Positions 1 through 12,077 of a DNA stretch of 64,000 nt are shown in pieces (the stretch's first letter is position 1; every line of letters begins with the position of its first letter). The DNA comes from Macrostomum lignano (lineage: Eukaryota). The position numbers and the translations under genes are program-made. Location of the stretch: assembly GCA_002269645.1 (NCBI GenBank), contig NIVC01002438.1, positions 62,001-126,000 of the forward strand, in the 5' to 3' direction. A model generated the notes under the pieces. It made no database searches, was not told where the DNA came from, and saw nothing but the letters and a program-made list of their open reading frames with translations.

Positions 1-702
1 AGCCACGTGGCTGTGAGTGCGCGAGGGTGGGCATTGTTGGGAAGGCTAAGGGTGGGAACTGGGAAGGGAGTTATTGTGACAGTGAGCCCCCACACTTCCC
101 GAGTCCTTGCTAAGCACACGAGCACGCAGGCACCAAACCAACCCCTTCACCCTCCCATTTTAGGAATCATATTGACCGGTGAAGTCTGGCTGTTCTAGCG
201 CGTCTTCTGTCTGCCCCGGCCCGTCTGCCTGCCTTTTGTGTTCGCAACAATCAATTATATTTTTTTTGGTTTCTGCTCTGTGTCTCTTTTTGAGCCGCCT
301 GGTCTTTTAGAAGCAGAAAGCCAGAATCTGCAACCGAATCTGAACCGGCTCTTTCTATGTCTTGCAATTTCTTTTCTATTGAGACTAGCGGGCAGCAGGA
401 TAGGGCATGTTTTGAATAGCAACAAAGACTTTGTTAAATGGAGTGTGTTGTATCAAGTTTGCTGCAGGCCAGTTGCTATGGCCCAATACTATGCTCCGCA
501 GGTTTTCTAATTTTTCTCTTTGAGTCAGCTGTGAACAGAAACTCTCTTTGGTTGTTTTACAAGCGATAGTATTTCCCACTGTGTTTGGGCAGATGGAACC
601 AATTGCCATCGAAATTACTTTAAGAATCTCTGAAGCAATAAATAGTTTTATCAGTGAGAAAAAAGAAGACGATAAGTTTTTGTGGGGTGGGAAGTTGAAA
701 TG

Positions 703-1856
703 AATGGCGCTGTCTTAGGGCGCTGTCTTAGGGGCGCTGTCTTAGGGGCGCTGTCTTAGGGCGCTGTCTTAAGGGCGCTGTCTTAGGGCGCTGTCTTAGG
801 GGCGCTGTCTTAGGGCGCTGTCTTAGGGGCGCTGTCTTAGGGGCGTTGTCTTAGGGGCGCTGTCTTAATGGCGCTGTCTTAATGGCGCTGTCTTAGGGGC
901 GCTGTCTTAGGGCGCTGTCTTAGGGGCGCTGTCTTAGGGCGCTGTCTTGGGGGCGCTGTCTTAGGGCGCTGTCTTAGGGGCGTTGTCTTAGGGGCGCTGT
1001 CTTAATGGCGCTGTCTTAATGGCGCTGTCTTAGGGGCGCTGTCTTAGGGCGCTGTCTTAGGGGCGCTGTCTTAATGGCGCTGTCTTAATGGCGCTGTCTT
1101 AGGGGCGCTGTCTTAGGGGCGCTGTCTTAGGGGCGCTGTCTTAGGGCGCTGTCTTAGGGGCGTTGTCTTAGGGGCGCTGTCTTAGGGGCGTTGTCTTAGG
1201 CGCGCTGTCTTAGGGGCGTTGTCTTAGGGGCGCTGTCTTAGGGCACTGTCTTAGGGGCGCTGTCTTAATGGCGCTGTCTTAATGGCGCTGTCTTAGGGGC
1301 GCTGTCTTAGGGCGCTGTTTTAGGGGCGCTGTCTTAATGGCGCTGTCTTAATGGCGCTGTCTTAGGGGCGCTGTCTTAGGGGCGCTGTCTTAGGGGCGCT
1401 GTCTTAGGGGCGTTGTCTTAGGGGCGCTGTCTTAGGGCGCTGTCTTAGGGGCGTTGTCTTAGGGGCGCTGTCTTAGGGCACTGTCTTAGGGGCGCTGTCT
1501 TAATGGCGCTGTCTTAATGGCGCTGTCTTAATGGCGCTGTCTTAGGGGCGCTGTCTTAGGGGCGCTGTCTTAATGGCGCTGTCTCAGAAGCGCTGTCTCA
1601 GGGGCGCTGTCTTAGGGGCGCTGTCTTAATGGCGCTGTCTTAGGGGCGCTGTCTTAATGGCGCTGTCTTAGGGGCGCTGTCTTAGGAGCGCTGTCTTAGG
1701 GGCGCTGTCTTAGGGGCGCTGTCTTAGGGGCGCTGTCTCAATGGCGCTGTCTCAGGAGCGCTGTCTTAATGGCGCTGTCTTAGGGGCGCTGTCTTAGGGG
1801 CGCTGTCTCAATGGCGCTGTCTCAGGAGCACTGTCTCAGAGGCGCTGACTCAGGGG
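703..1856. repeat. Minisatellite, 13-14 bp (gcgctgtcttaggg)
   Basis: Direct inspection. Confidence 0.95.
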
Positions 1857-2354
1857 TAATCTTTAGGACCATGCTATCTCAAGATCAGTGAGATTCCCCG
1901 TGAGAACATGGAACCTGTGCCTGCTGCTTTTTATAGTCGTGCCATGCACGCACACTTATAAGAACTAACAAGAAAAGCAAGATTTTGTGTAACATAATGT
2001 AGTGAATAGGCTGCATGTAACGAAACATCAAACACAATGAGAAATGAGCATATTGGTTAAAGTATAAATTCTATAAGGATAAACCCTGTGCTGCCTGACT
2101 ATGTTAAACTGTCTACCTTACTGACCAACCTGTTATCTGATATGATAATATGATACGTTTTAACCGGTTGGAGAACTTTCAGAAATACGAGAATACAGGT
2201 TGTAAAATTGATTCTCGTTTCGCAACATATCGCCTCTTAAGGGGGTGGGTTGAATGTTGCAATGGTACACAATTGATATACAATTTGTAAAATAGACCTA
2301 TATATGAATCGGTCTATTAGAAATTACGGGCAAGTTATGAATAATTGTGGAGTT

Positions 2355-3400
2355 TTAGGGCGCCAGATTAAGAATTCGAAAGGCGCCAAATTAGGAATTC
2401 AAAAAACTCCAAATTAGGAATCCTAATGGCGCCAAATCATGAATCTTAATGCGTCAAATAAGGAATTCAAAGGGCGCCAAATAAGAAATTCAAAGGGCGC
2501 TAAATTTGAATTTTAAGGGCGCCAAAATTAGGAATTCAAAGGGCGCCAAATTAGGAATTCAAAGGAGCGCAAAATAAGAAATTCAAAGGGCGCCAAATTA
2601 GGAATCTTAATGGCGCCAAATTAGAAATCTTAATGCGCCAAATTCGGAATTCAAAGGGCGCCAAATAAGGAATTAAAAGGGCGCCAAATTATAAATCTTA
2701 ATGCGCCAAATTAGGAATTCAAAGGGCGCCAAATTAGGAATTCAAAGGGCACCAAATTAGGAATTCAAAGGGCACCAAATTAGGAATTCAAAGGGCGCCA
2801 CATTAGAAATCCTAATGGCGCCAAATTAGGAATTCAAAGGGCTCCAAATTAGGAATTCAAAGGGCACCAAATTAGGAATTCAAAGGGCGCCACATTAGAA
2901 ATCCTAATGGCGCCAAATTAGGAATTCAAAAAGCTCCAAATTAGGAATCTTAATGGCGCCAAATTAGGAATCTTAATACGCCAAATCAGGAATTCAAAGG
3001 GCGCCAAATTAGGAATTCAAAGGGCACCAAATTAGGAATTCAAAGGGCACCAAATTAGGAATTCAAAGGGCACCAAATTAGGAATTCAAAGGGCACCAAA
3101 TTAGGAATTCAAAAAGCTCCAAATTAGGAATCTTAATGGCGCCAAATTAGGAATCTTAATACGCCAAATCAGGAATTCAAAGGGCGCCAAATTAGGAATT
3201 CAAAGGGCACCAAATTAGGAATTCAAAGGGCACCAAATTAGGAATTCAAAGGGCACCAAATTAGGAATTCAAAAAGCTCCAAATTAGGAATCTTAATGCG
3301 CCAAATTCGGAATTCAAAGGGCGCCAAATAAGGAATTAAAAGGGCGCCAAATTAGAAATCTTAATGCGCCAAATTAGGAATTCAAAGGGCGCCACATTAG
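2355..3400. repeat. Minisatellite, 23 bp (gggcgccaaattaggaattcaaa)
   Basis: Direct inspection. Confidence 0.95.
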
Positions 3401-3448
3401 AAAATTCAGACTACAGACCCCATCAAATTAACATATAGAATGCCTCAC

Positions 3449-3542
3449 CCATTTCTCATTGTTAATCTCAGTCTCGGAGAACTCAGGCCAAATCAACAAT
3501 TTCGGCTTTTTCGGCTCTTGCGGCGAATTGGCGCCCTGACCT
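3449..3542 (-). CDS. ADGB: Androglobin (calpain-globin chimera) conserved early coding exon
   Basis: ttcattgcag acceptor and TGG|gtgagg donor; phase 2 to 0. Translates GQGANSPQEPKKPKLLIWPEFSETEINNEKW, close to the remembered human ADGB N-terminal motif KKGKFPLWPEWSEADINSEKW. Downstream exons were not found in the window, so the call rests on one exon. Confidence 0.7.
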
Positions 3543-3927
3543 CTGCAATGAAGAAATCGGTTTGGTTGGTCGGCAGGTTGTTGCAATGCAATGAGTAAAT
3601 CGAGATTAGAGACAGTCGCAGTGCCGTGTGAGGCGTCGCAGCCAAGGTTTTGAGATAACGGACCGACCTAGCAGGCAGTCAATTGCCATTAATTTATCTT
3701 ATCTATAATTGTAAGGGCTTAGTGGTGTTTTTTGAGTTCGGGCGAAAAATATTACTAGCGTCAGACCCAGTTCTGCAGCAGAGAGGGACAAGGTTATTAT
3801 TTTTTAGGCCTCGGGCTACTTACTACTTGTTAGTAGGCAACTTTTTTAATTGAGCAGAAAACGTGTTAAAAATGAGGCACGTTTGAGATGGCACCGTTTT
3901 TTAGGAAAACGCTAGTTCAGAATTTGA

Positions 3928-4400
3928 AGGCGCCAGTTTAGAACTGGATGGCGCCAGTTTAAAATTGTAAGGTGCCAGTTTATATTAGGAAGGCGCCAGT
4001 TTATATTAGGAAGGCGCCAGTTTGGAATTGGAAGGCGCCAGTTAAGAATAAAGTGGCGCCAGTTTGAAATCGGAAGACGCCAGTTAAGAATAAAAAGGCC
4101 CCAGTTTAGAAGTGGAAGGCGCAAGTTCAGAATTGGAAGGCGCCAGTTTATATTAGGAAGGCGCCAGTTTGGAATTTGAAGGCGCCAGTTAAGAATAAAG
4201 TGGCGCCAGTTTGAAATCGGAAGGCGCCAGTTTGGAATTTGAAGGCGCCAGTAAAGAATAAAGTGGCGCCAGTTTGAAATTGGAAGGCGCCAGTTTAGAA
4301 CTGGAAGGCACCAGTTTAGAATCGGAAGGCGCCAGTTTAGAATCGGAAGGCGCCAGTTTAGAATCGGAAGGCGCCAGTTTAGAATCGGAAGGCGCCAGTT
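3928..4400. repeat. Minisatellite, 21 bp (gaaggcgccagtttagaatcg)
   Basis: Direct inspection. Confidence 0.95.
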
Positions 4401-4480
4401 TTGGAACAGGGTTAGTTTTTGGCAGGGCGAAAATATTCGATAAGCAAATATACAACATTGATGAAGCCAGAATTTCGCAC

Positions 4481-4617
4481 TCGATGGGTTCCGACGGCTG
4501 AGGCGATGCCGGCAGCGGCAGGTTCGGTCGGTGATTGCGTTTCTGACCCGATGGAGCCGGCGCCTGACCTAGCTGCTGACTGCTGTGTTGCGACTGAGAG
4601 CTCATTTCTTTACTCAT
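4481..4617 (-). CDS. Candidate alternative/internal exon (MSKEMSSQ/SQHSSQQLG...EPIE)
   Basis: GA|gtgcga donor in phase 2. Either uses its own ATG at 4617 or an acceptor at 4593 (phase 0) fed by a candidate exon 4879-4769 that ends GAG|gtgagt. Confidence 0.35.
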
Positions 4618-4920
4618 TAGTTTGGCAAGGTTTAGATCTCTAGGAGCTGGGGATAAAATACCTCGCTAGAGGGGGTCGAAACGCTATAATGAGGGCTCAA
4701 GTGTACAGGCGGATGTGCTCAGATTTGAGAGTACAGTGGGAAAGGTGTACTAAGATATTTAGACTCACCTCGTTGTCAATGGTTACGGATTGAGCACAAA
4801 AGGGATGTGAAAGGAGACACTGTGCGATGGAAGGATTGAGGTCTGTGAGGCGACTCGGGTCAGCGGTGGGAAACTGCATTGCGCTAAACGATGATGTTGA
4901 TTGAAGAGAGGGAGTTTATC

Positions 4921-5090
4921 ATCCCAACTCTACCATTCTCTTCCCAAATCTACCATTCTCTTCCCAACTCTACCATTCTCTTCCTAAATCTACCATTCTC
5001 TTCCCATATCTACCATTTTATTCCCAAATCTACCATTCTCTTCACAAATCTACCGTCTTCCCAAATCTACCATTCTCTTCACAAATCCAC
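4921..5090. repeat. Minisatellite, 20 bp (ctaccattctcttcccaaat)
   Basis: Direct inspection. Confidence 0.9.
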
Positions 5091-5141
5091 ATGTTTCACT
5101 ATTACTAACTAATGAATAATGAATCGTTCTTAGCTACCAAC

Positions 5142-5389
5142 CCAGCCGAAGTCATCGCGGCCTCCTCCGCGGTGGAGTGCAACGAAGGAGCTCGCGACCC
5201 GCTGTGGTGACTAGCCGACGCTCCACCACCATTTGTGGCAGCCAGCAGCAGCGGCAGCAGCTCTCCATTCTTCCTCAGCCGATCTTTCAGACTTCCCGAT
5301 GTCGCAGAGGTGACAGCCACAGCTGCTGAACTTCTTGCAGCGGCAGCTTTCGACTGCAACTTCTTGGTGACATCCGAAGTGATGTCCAT
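5142..5389 (-). CDS. Candidate alternative exon (MDITSDVTKKLQSKAAAARSS...)
   Basis: GC-rich Ala/Ser-rich ORF. The donor is ambiguous: GG|gttggt (phase 2) or TTG|gtagct (phase 0). Confidence 0.35.
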
Positions 5390-5481
5390 GTCAGGATCGT
5401 TGTGTCCGGGACACCCAATTTCTGCTCCCAGACTTTGATCTTGGATTTATACTAAACCGCGGCCCATTGTATGCATTTATT

Positions 5482-5494
5482 GTTACTAGGGAAT
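5482..5494. promoter_or_regulatory. X-box-like motif GTTACTAGGGAAT
   Basis: Resembles the 13-bp RFX site GTTACTAGGGAAC; ~90 bp upstream of the MDIT ATG. Confidence 0.3.
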
Positions 5495-5715
5495 AATGGA
5501 TTTAACATCCGGGATTTAAAAAAAGACGAACACATATCAAGGCTGACTGTATCTAGAGAGGTTGAGGATGTTTTTGCTAGAAAGGAAGCTTGCACAGTTG
5601 CTGTATAAAGAAAATGAGGCTGCATGCAAATTCTGTGCCCGTTAATGGCAGATGCTATTAAAAGCTATTTTAAGAGCATGAAAGATCGATGCTTGCTGAA
5701 TCTGCCTTTAGGGGA

Positions 5716-6002
5716 GAGGTTTAGACTGTAGACTGAGGGGTGTTTAGACAGTAGACTGGGAGGTGTTTAGAGAGTAGCCTGAGAGGTGTTTAAAGAATAG
5801 ACTTAAAGGTGTTTAGAGTGTAGATTGAAAGGTGTTTAAAGAGTAGACTGAGAGGTGTTTAAAGAATAGACTTAAATGTGTTTAGAGTGCAGACTGAGGG
5901 GTGTTTAGAGAGTAGACTGAGAGGTGTTTAGAGAGTAGACTGAGGGGTGTTTAGAGAGTAGACTGAGAGGTGTTTAGAGAGTAGACTGAGGGGTGTTTAG
6001 AG
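5716..6002. repeat. Minisatellite, ~23 bp (gaggtgtttagagagtagactga)
   Basis: Direct inspection. Confidence 0.9.
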
Positions 6003-6086
6003 TTTTAACTTAGGAGAATCTACATGGAGACTCTCCAATGAGACCTGTGAAGAATCGAGGTGTTATCTTTCGGGATTCGAACTCAC

Positions 6087-6238
6087 GACTCAGCCTCAGG
6101 CTGCAGCGCCAGTTCGAGTCGGCTGGAAGCTGCAGTGGAAGCGGCAGTCGGATTAATCACCGACTTCCTCCGACTACCAACCTTGCTTGCAACACTCCGA
6201 GCCGTGGTGGCCCGGCTGCTGGCTCTGGTTGAGTCCAT
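6087..6238 (-). CDS. Candidate alternative first coding exon (MDSTRASSRATTARSVASKVGSRRKS...PEAES)
   Basis: ATG immediately after an in-frame TAA; TC|gtgagt donor; phase 2. Confidence 0.5.
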
Positions 6239-6562
6239 TTAATGCTTGATTTTGCTGCTAAAGCCCCTGTCAGCTCTTCTAAAAGCAGAATCGCTGGCTT
6301 TTATAACCCTAAAGGCCCCCAGTTAGAAGAAGCCGTTTCTACATTTCTATTCTGTCCATTGCCCGAGGGGCGGAAGAGAATGTCAATGGCAGAGTTGGAG
6401 GAGGGGCGAGAAATGTATGAAAGTGGGAAAATTCTGAATGAGGATTTCCTGGCTTCAATTGCTGGGCCTTTGTGCTCCACTACAGTTTCCTGTGAGGAGA
6501 TCTGCACAGGTAGAGAAATCTGCTTTTCCCCAAAGTACCGCGTTAAATCGGCCATTTAAAAC

Positions 6563-8200
6563 AGAATCTACCCCTGGTAGAATCTGCCCCGGATAGAATC
6601 TGCCCCTGATAGAATCTGCCCCTGATAGAATCTGCCCCTGATAGAATCTGCCCCTGATAGAATCTGCCCCTGATAGAATCTACCCTTGATAGAATCTACC
6701 CTTGATAGAATCTACCCTTGATAGAATCTGCCATTGATTTAATCTGCCATTGATAAAATCTACCCTTGATAGAATCTGCCCCTGATAGAATCTACCCCTG
6801 ATAGAATCTGCCCCTGATAGAATCTTAACCTGATAGAATCTGCCCTTGATAGAATCTGCCCCTGATAGAATCTGCCCCTGATAGAATCTGCCCCTGATAG
6901 AATCTGCCCCTGATAGAATCTACCCTTAATAGAATCTACCCCTGATAGAATCTACCCTTGATAGAATCTGCCCCTGATAGAATCTGCCCCTGATAGAATC
7001 TGCCCCTGATAGAATCTGCCCCTGATAGAATCTACCCTTGATAGAATCTGCCCCTGATAGAATCTGCCCCTGATAGAATCTGCCCCTGATAGAATCTGCC
7101 CCTGATAGAATCTGCCCCTGATAGAATCTACCCCTGATAGAATCTACCCTTGATAGAATCTACCCTTGATAGAATCTGCCATTGATTTAATCTGCCATTG
7201 ATAAAATCTACCCTTGATAGAATCTGTCCCTGATAGTATCTACCCCTGATAGAATTTGCCCCTGATAGAATCTTAACCTGATAGAATCTGCCCTTGATAG
7301 AATCTGCCCCTGATAGAATCTGCCCCTGATAGAATCTGCCCCTGATAGAATCTGCCCCTGATAGAATCTGCCCCTGATAGAATCTACCCCTGATAGAATC
7401 TACCCTTGATAGAATCTGCCCCTGATAGAATCTGCCCCTGATAGAATCTGCCCCTGATAGAATCTGCCCCTGAAAGAATCTACCCTTGATAGAATCTGCC
7501 CCTGATAGAATCTGCCCCTGATAGAATCTGCCCCTGATAGAATCTGCCCCTGATAGAATCTGCCCCTGATAGAATCTACCCCTGATAGAATCTACCCCTG
7601 ATAGAATCTGCCCCTGATAGAATCTGCCCCTGATAGAATCTGCCCCTGATAGAATCTGCCCCTGATAGAATCTGCCCCTGATAGAATCTACCCCTGATAG
7701 AATCTACCCCTGATAGAATCTTAACCTGATAGAATCTGCCCCTGATAGAATCTACCCCTGATAGAATCTGCCCCTGATAGAATCTGCCCCTGATAGAATC
7801 TGCCCCTGATAGAATCTACCCTTAATAGAATCTACCCCTGATAGAATCTACCCTTGATAGAATCTGCCCCTGATAGAATCTGCCCCTGATAGAATCTGCC
7901 CCTGATAGAATCTGCCCCTGATAGAATCTACCCTTGATAGAATCTGCCCCTGATAGAATCTGCCCCTGATAGAATCTGCCCCTGATAGAATCTGCCCCTG
8001 AAAGAATCTGCCCCTGATAGAATCTACCCCTGATAGAATCTACCCTTGATAGAATCTACCCTTGATAGAATCTGCCATTGATTTAATCTGCCATTGATAA
8101 AATCTACCCTTGATAGAATCTGCCCCTGATAGAATCTACCCCTGATAGAATCTGCCATTGATAGAATCTGCCCCTGATAGAATCTGCCCCTGATAGAAGC
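6563..8200. repeat. Minisatellite, 16 bp (gatagaatctgcccct)
   Basis: Direct inspection; variant blocks recur as higher-order units. Confidence 0.95.
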
Positions 8201-8258
8201 TGCACCTCAGTGTCCGGTTGCTACACAGCCCTAGAGCACTGTCAGCTTCATCCCTCAC

Positions 8259-8419
8259 CTTCTCCGATCGTCCTGAGACCGAGCACTCCACGAACCGTCA
8301 TTCGACGATGGCGGATGCTGGCCGCTGGGCGATTTCTGCTCCCGGAAGGACACATTTCTGGAACCGGTCCTGGAGCTGGCTCTGGAGCTGGTCCCGGCTG
8401 CAGCGCCTTTCTGCTTCAT
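8259..8419 (-). CDS. Candidate alternative first coding exon (MKQKGAAAGTSSRASSRTGSRNVSF...DDRRR)
   Basis: ATG at 8419 with an in-frame upstream TAA; AG|gtgagg donor; phase 2; GC-rich island between minisatellites. Confidence 0.5.
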
Positions 8420-8708
8420 GGCTACAACAGCCTCCCAAACTTAGCATTGGTACTCAAGCCTTACGCTAAAATAAAAGCCATTCCTGCCTACCAACATCCC
8501 CTCCCCGGGCAGGAGAGAGGAGAGCACAGGGAGAGGGAAGACCGCGAAAAAAAGCAAAATTCTATCACCTGCTTTGCTGCAATTCTGGGCTGGAACAGAA
8601 ATTTCCTCCTGCTACAATTGATGTACATTTCCTGAGCGCTTGGTCTCGCCTTGTCTCAACAGGCCACCGGCTCTCTCCCTTACCTCCTCTCACCCCTCCA
8701 TGCTCTCT

Positions 8709-8745
8709 GTTGCTATGGGAAAGACTTTGCCGTTGTCATGGTCGC
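8709..8745. promoter_or_regulatory. Tandem RFX X-box-like motifs GTTGCTATGGGAAA and GTTGTCATGGTCGC
   Basis: The first is a near-consensus X-box; the second has a perfect left half. ~290 bp upstream of the MKQK exon. Confidence 0.45.
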
Positions 8746-8909
8746 TTTAGAAAATTCTCTCTCTTTTCGTCCAGAAAATTTTGAGTAAAAATCCAAGGTA
8801 CGAAAATTACAAAATGTGCTCACACGCGGGTAAAAAAGTGGGGAAGACGTGAAGGGAGAGAAGAATGAAGAGAACAGACAGATTTGGGAATAATGATAAC
8901 AGAATCTTA

Positions 8910-9340
8910 AGGCACCAAATTAGGGAATTCATGGCGCCAAATTAGAAAAATCCATGGCGCCAAATTAGAGGAATCCATGGCGCCAAATTAGAGGAAACTA
9001 CGGCGCCAAATTAGAAGAATCGATGGCGCCAAATTAGGAGAATTCATTGCGACAATTTAGAGGAAACTACGGCGCCAAATTAGAAGAATCAATAGCGCCA
9101 AATTATAGGAATCCATGGCGCCAAATTAGACAAATATATGGCGCCAAATTAGAGAAAATTATGACGCCAAATTACAGGAATCCATGGCGCCAAATTATGG
9201 GAATCCTTGGCGCTAGATTAGTAGAATCCATGGCGCCAAATTAGAAGAATCAATGGCGCCAAATTAGAGGAAATTATGGGGCCAAATTATTGAAATCCTT
9301 GGCGCCAGATTAGAGAAATCCATGGCGCCAAATTAGGAAA
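8910..9340. repeat. Minisatellite, ~23 bp (ggcgccaaattagaggaatccat)
   Basis: Direct inspection. Confidence 0.9.
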
Positions 9341-9416
9341 ACCAAAGGCGTCAAAACTGCTAATTACCTGTAGAAATACGTTAATGATGATTCCAATAAT
9401 AAAATAAATCTCTCAC

Positions 9417-9493
9417 CCATCTTTGCCCTTCTTCCCAGGCGAGCCGCTCCTGCCGCTTTTATGCCGATCTTCCGCAGACTTCTTCGGCGGCAT
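9417..9493 (-). CDS. Candidate first coding exon of the androglobin-like gene (MPPKKSAEDRHKSGRSGSPGKKGKDG)
   Basis: ATG at 9493, strong GG|gtgaga donor, ends in phase 2 and so matches the phase-2 acceptor at 3542. An AG acceptor lies just upstream of the ATG. Confidence 0.6.
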
Positions 9494-9615
9494 CTGCAGT
9501 ACCTGAGATTTGATTTTTGCTTTTTTTAATCAACAAAAACAGCGCCCCGTTGCTTTTCGAAGATTTTAGGCTTTAAATGCCATATATTTCTATGCGAAAG
9601 ACTCGCTACTACGCC

Positions 9616-9629
9616 GTTACCATGGTGAA
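9616..9629. promoter_or_regulatory. RFX X-box-like motif GTTACCATGGTGAA
   Basis: 12/14 match to GTTRCCATGGYAAC, ~120 bp upstream of the MPPKK exon. Confidence 0.45.
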
Positions 9630-10139
9630 TTGCTTGGCAGGCGCTGGGGGGGGGGAGAGAGTTCGAGCTTGGAAAACGCGAGTACTGTACAGGTGAATGG
9701 ATGAGTGTACGTTGCTTTGAACACCGAATGTAGCAAAGCAGCTTGAGAGGCGAAGGTAGGTTAAGACTGGGGTGAGAAGGTTAAAGTTATAGTTGTCTGT
9801 ATGAGACACTGAGTGAGGGACATTCAGACAGGCAAATACACTGAGGCCAGCAGGAACCCCCTTCTCCATACATATTTTGTTTTTGGTGTACATTTATATT
9901 CTCACTAAAATCTCTCATTAAGGCTCTCTTCTCTCTACCTCTCTCTCCTTCTCTCCCTCCCTCTCAATATCTCACAGAGCATACAACCTTAGCATTTTTG
10001 TCGAATTATGCAGTTTCTTTTCTGTCCAGCCAAGTAGAAGCTGTTTGAGTATTTTAATTGTCTGACTGTAGTTTTGGCTTACTACTTGACGCAACAGTAG
10101 TATATAGTTATAGGACGCGTTTGCATTGATTCACAGCTG

Positions 10140-10415
10140 AATTTCAAACTGGCGACACCAGTATATTTTAGATTGGCGCCACTGAATTTTTAATTGGCGC
10201 CACTAAATTTTAGATTGGCGCCACTCAATTTTACATTAGGCGCCACTGAATTTTTGATTGGCGCCACTTAATTTTACATTAGGCGCCACTAAATTTTAGA
10301 TTGGCGCCACTCAATTTTACATTAGGCGCCACTCAATTTTAGATTGGCGCCACTCAATTTTACATTAGGGGCCACTCAATTTTAGATTGGCGCCACTGAA
10401 TTTGAAATCTGCGCC
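10140..10415. repeat. Minisatellite, 21-22 bp (ggcgccactcaattttacatta)
   Basis: Direct inspection. Confidence 0.9.
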
Positions 10416-12077
10416 GCTGATTATTAGCCTTTTTTAGACTTTATTGCCTACTAGTAGTAGCACAGAGAGATGGGATAGCCAAGGCCACGCGAGGCTTTTT
10501 TCCATGCTTTTATTGGCTACCGGGCACCCACCCCACTCCATGCGTTCATTTCGGCTGTCGGGGAGGTGGGGTCTGTTTGGGAGGGCAGGCTGATGCTATA
10601 AGGCCATGCATGGGAGGCCAGGCCCGTATGAAATCCTCCCGTTTTCTTTTAGCCTCAATCGTCCTTGCAGACGCAGTTGCTAGCAGTCTCCTTAGTCCTT
10701 ACCTAGTTAGGATCCTTTAATTATAATAATAAACACAGCTAATTTCTTGCTTTATTTGTTAATTAGCTTCTTAGATTAGCACAACAATGCTACTAAACTA
10801 CTTAACGAGTTTCACTATTTTTGTACATAGCGTATCCGTCCTACTGATGGAATTGCATATAGCGTTGCCAGATGGCATTAAAGCACATTATCCCAGTGAA
10901 CTGGTGAGTTATCTTATCTCTTGTTTTGCATTCTCGCTTTCTAACTAATCTTTAAATTGAGTCTAATTTCAATGCGTTCAAAGTTAACTAAAGAAGCGTT
11001 TGATTTTGATTCTTTGAAAGTTCGATTCGAGTTCATCGTCATTACAAAACCGTTTGATATTAGAAAGAAGCAAAAATTTGCAGCCATGAAAAGTAGAATG
11101 TCTAAATAAGAAAATAATATTTGTGTAAACTATAGTTATTGTATTTTATGCGCGTATTGCATAACTACTACAGTAGCTTATAAGGTTTTGTATATTGCAT
11201 ATTAAATTTCATTAAAAATGGTAGTCTGTTGGAAAAAATGAATATTTAGGATTTTCAACGCACTGAGAGTCTGGAAGTGGCTTCATCTAATCTATCACTA
11301 TCATCGCTTCTTGTGTCGGTCGGTTTAGTTTAGGCCGCTCGGGTTCCCCCTTGTCAGTCAGTTTTGGTTCCCTTTACCTTCCTTGTCTTTGTTTGCAGTC
11401 AGTTTTGGAGCCCTTGCGGTTCGGCAGCCCATAGGGCCTTCTCTCTACTTCTCTCTCCCACAAGCCCTTTCCCCCTCCCTTCATTCCTCTGCCCTTGGGC
11501 CTTGGGGTCAACCCCCCGTCCCCCCGCCGACCCACAGCTTTAAAACTAAAGGAATGTACATAGCCAAGATGTACACTGTAGAGAGAATTGATTTTATTTT
11601 TCGGCCTTGGGGCCCAAAACAACCCCCAACCCCCCTCCCTCCAGCGACAGAGTCCCCGCGTGCTGGCGCCTATAGGCGTAAGGTTTTATGACTCAGCAAA
11701 TTTGGGGCCCTCCTCTGGGAGCCCAGTTCACCTTTAGTTTTCTGCCCCTCTTTCACCCCGATTCCTCCGGCTCGGGCCGGCCCAAAATTTTATGGCGCGA
11801 ACTGAATTGAACTGAACTTGGGCCTCCATTGAGTGAATTAACTTAGCTGAACCAAGATAAAGACCCAAGGCTTTGAACTTGGGCGTGGCGTGGCATATGC
11901 CTCATGCCACCAAACCAAACCAAAGCAGACTAAAGGCAAAGCTATGTACAGGCCACAGGGGTATCTTGGCGAAGGCAACAAGATTAAGAATAATTGTCGG
12001 ATTAATTAGTCAAAACATGAATTAATCATTCGAATTAATTGAAATTATTAACTATCCAGCCTCTCCGGGTGCTACGA

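Noticed and set aside
1-3448. Search for the next androglobin exons (expected DxGKG.. and FFEDPEG..)
   Set aside because: No convincing exon found; the short ORFs at 7-609 lack homology, and the next exon probably lies outside the window.
11774-11783. GGGCCGGCCC hAT-like terminus within a GC-rich patch (11340-11950)
   Set aside because: No matching opposite terminus or TSD found; the patch remains unexplained.
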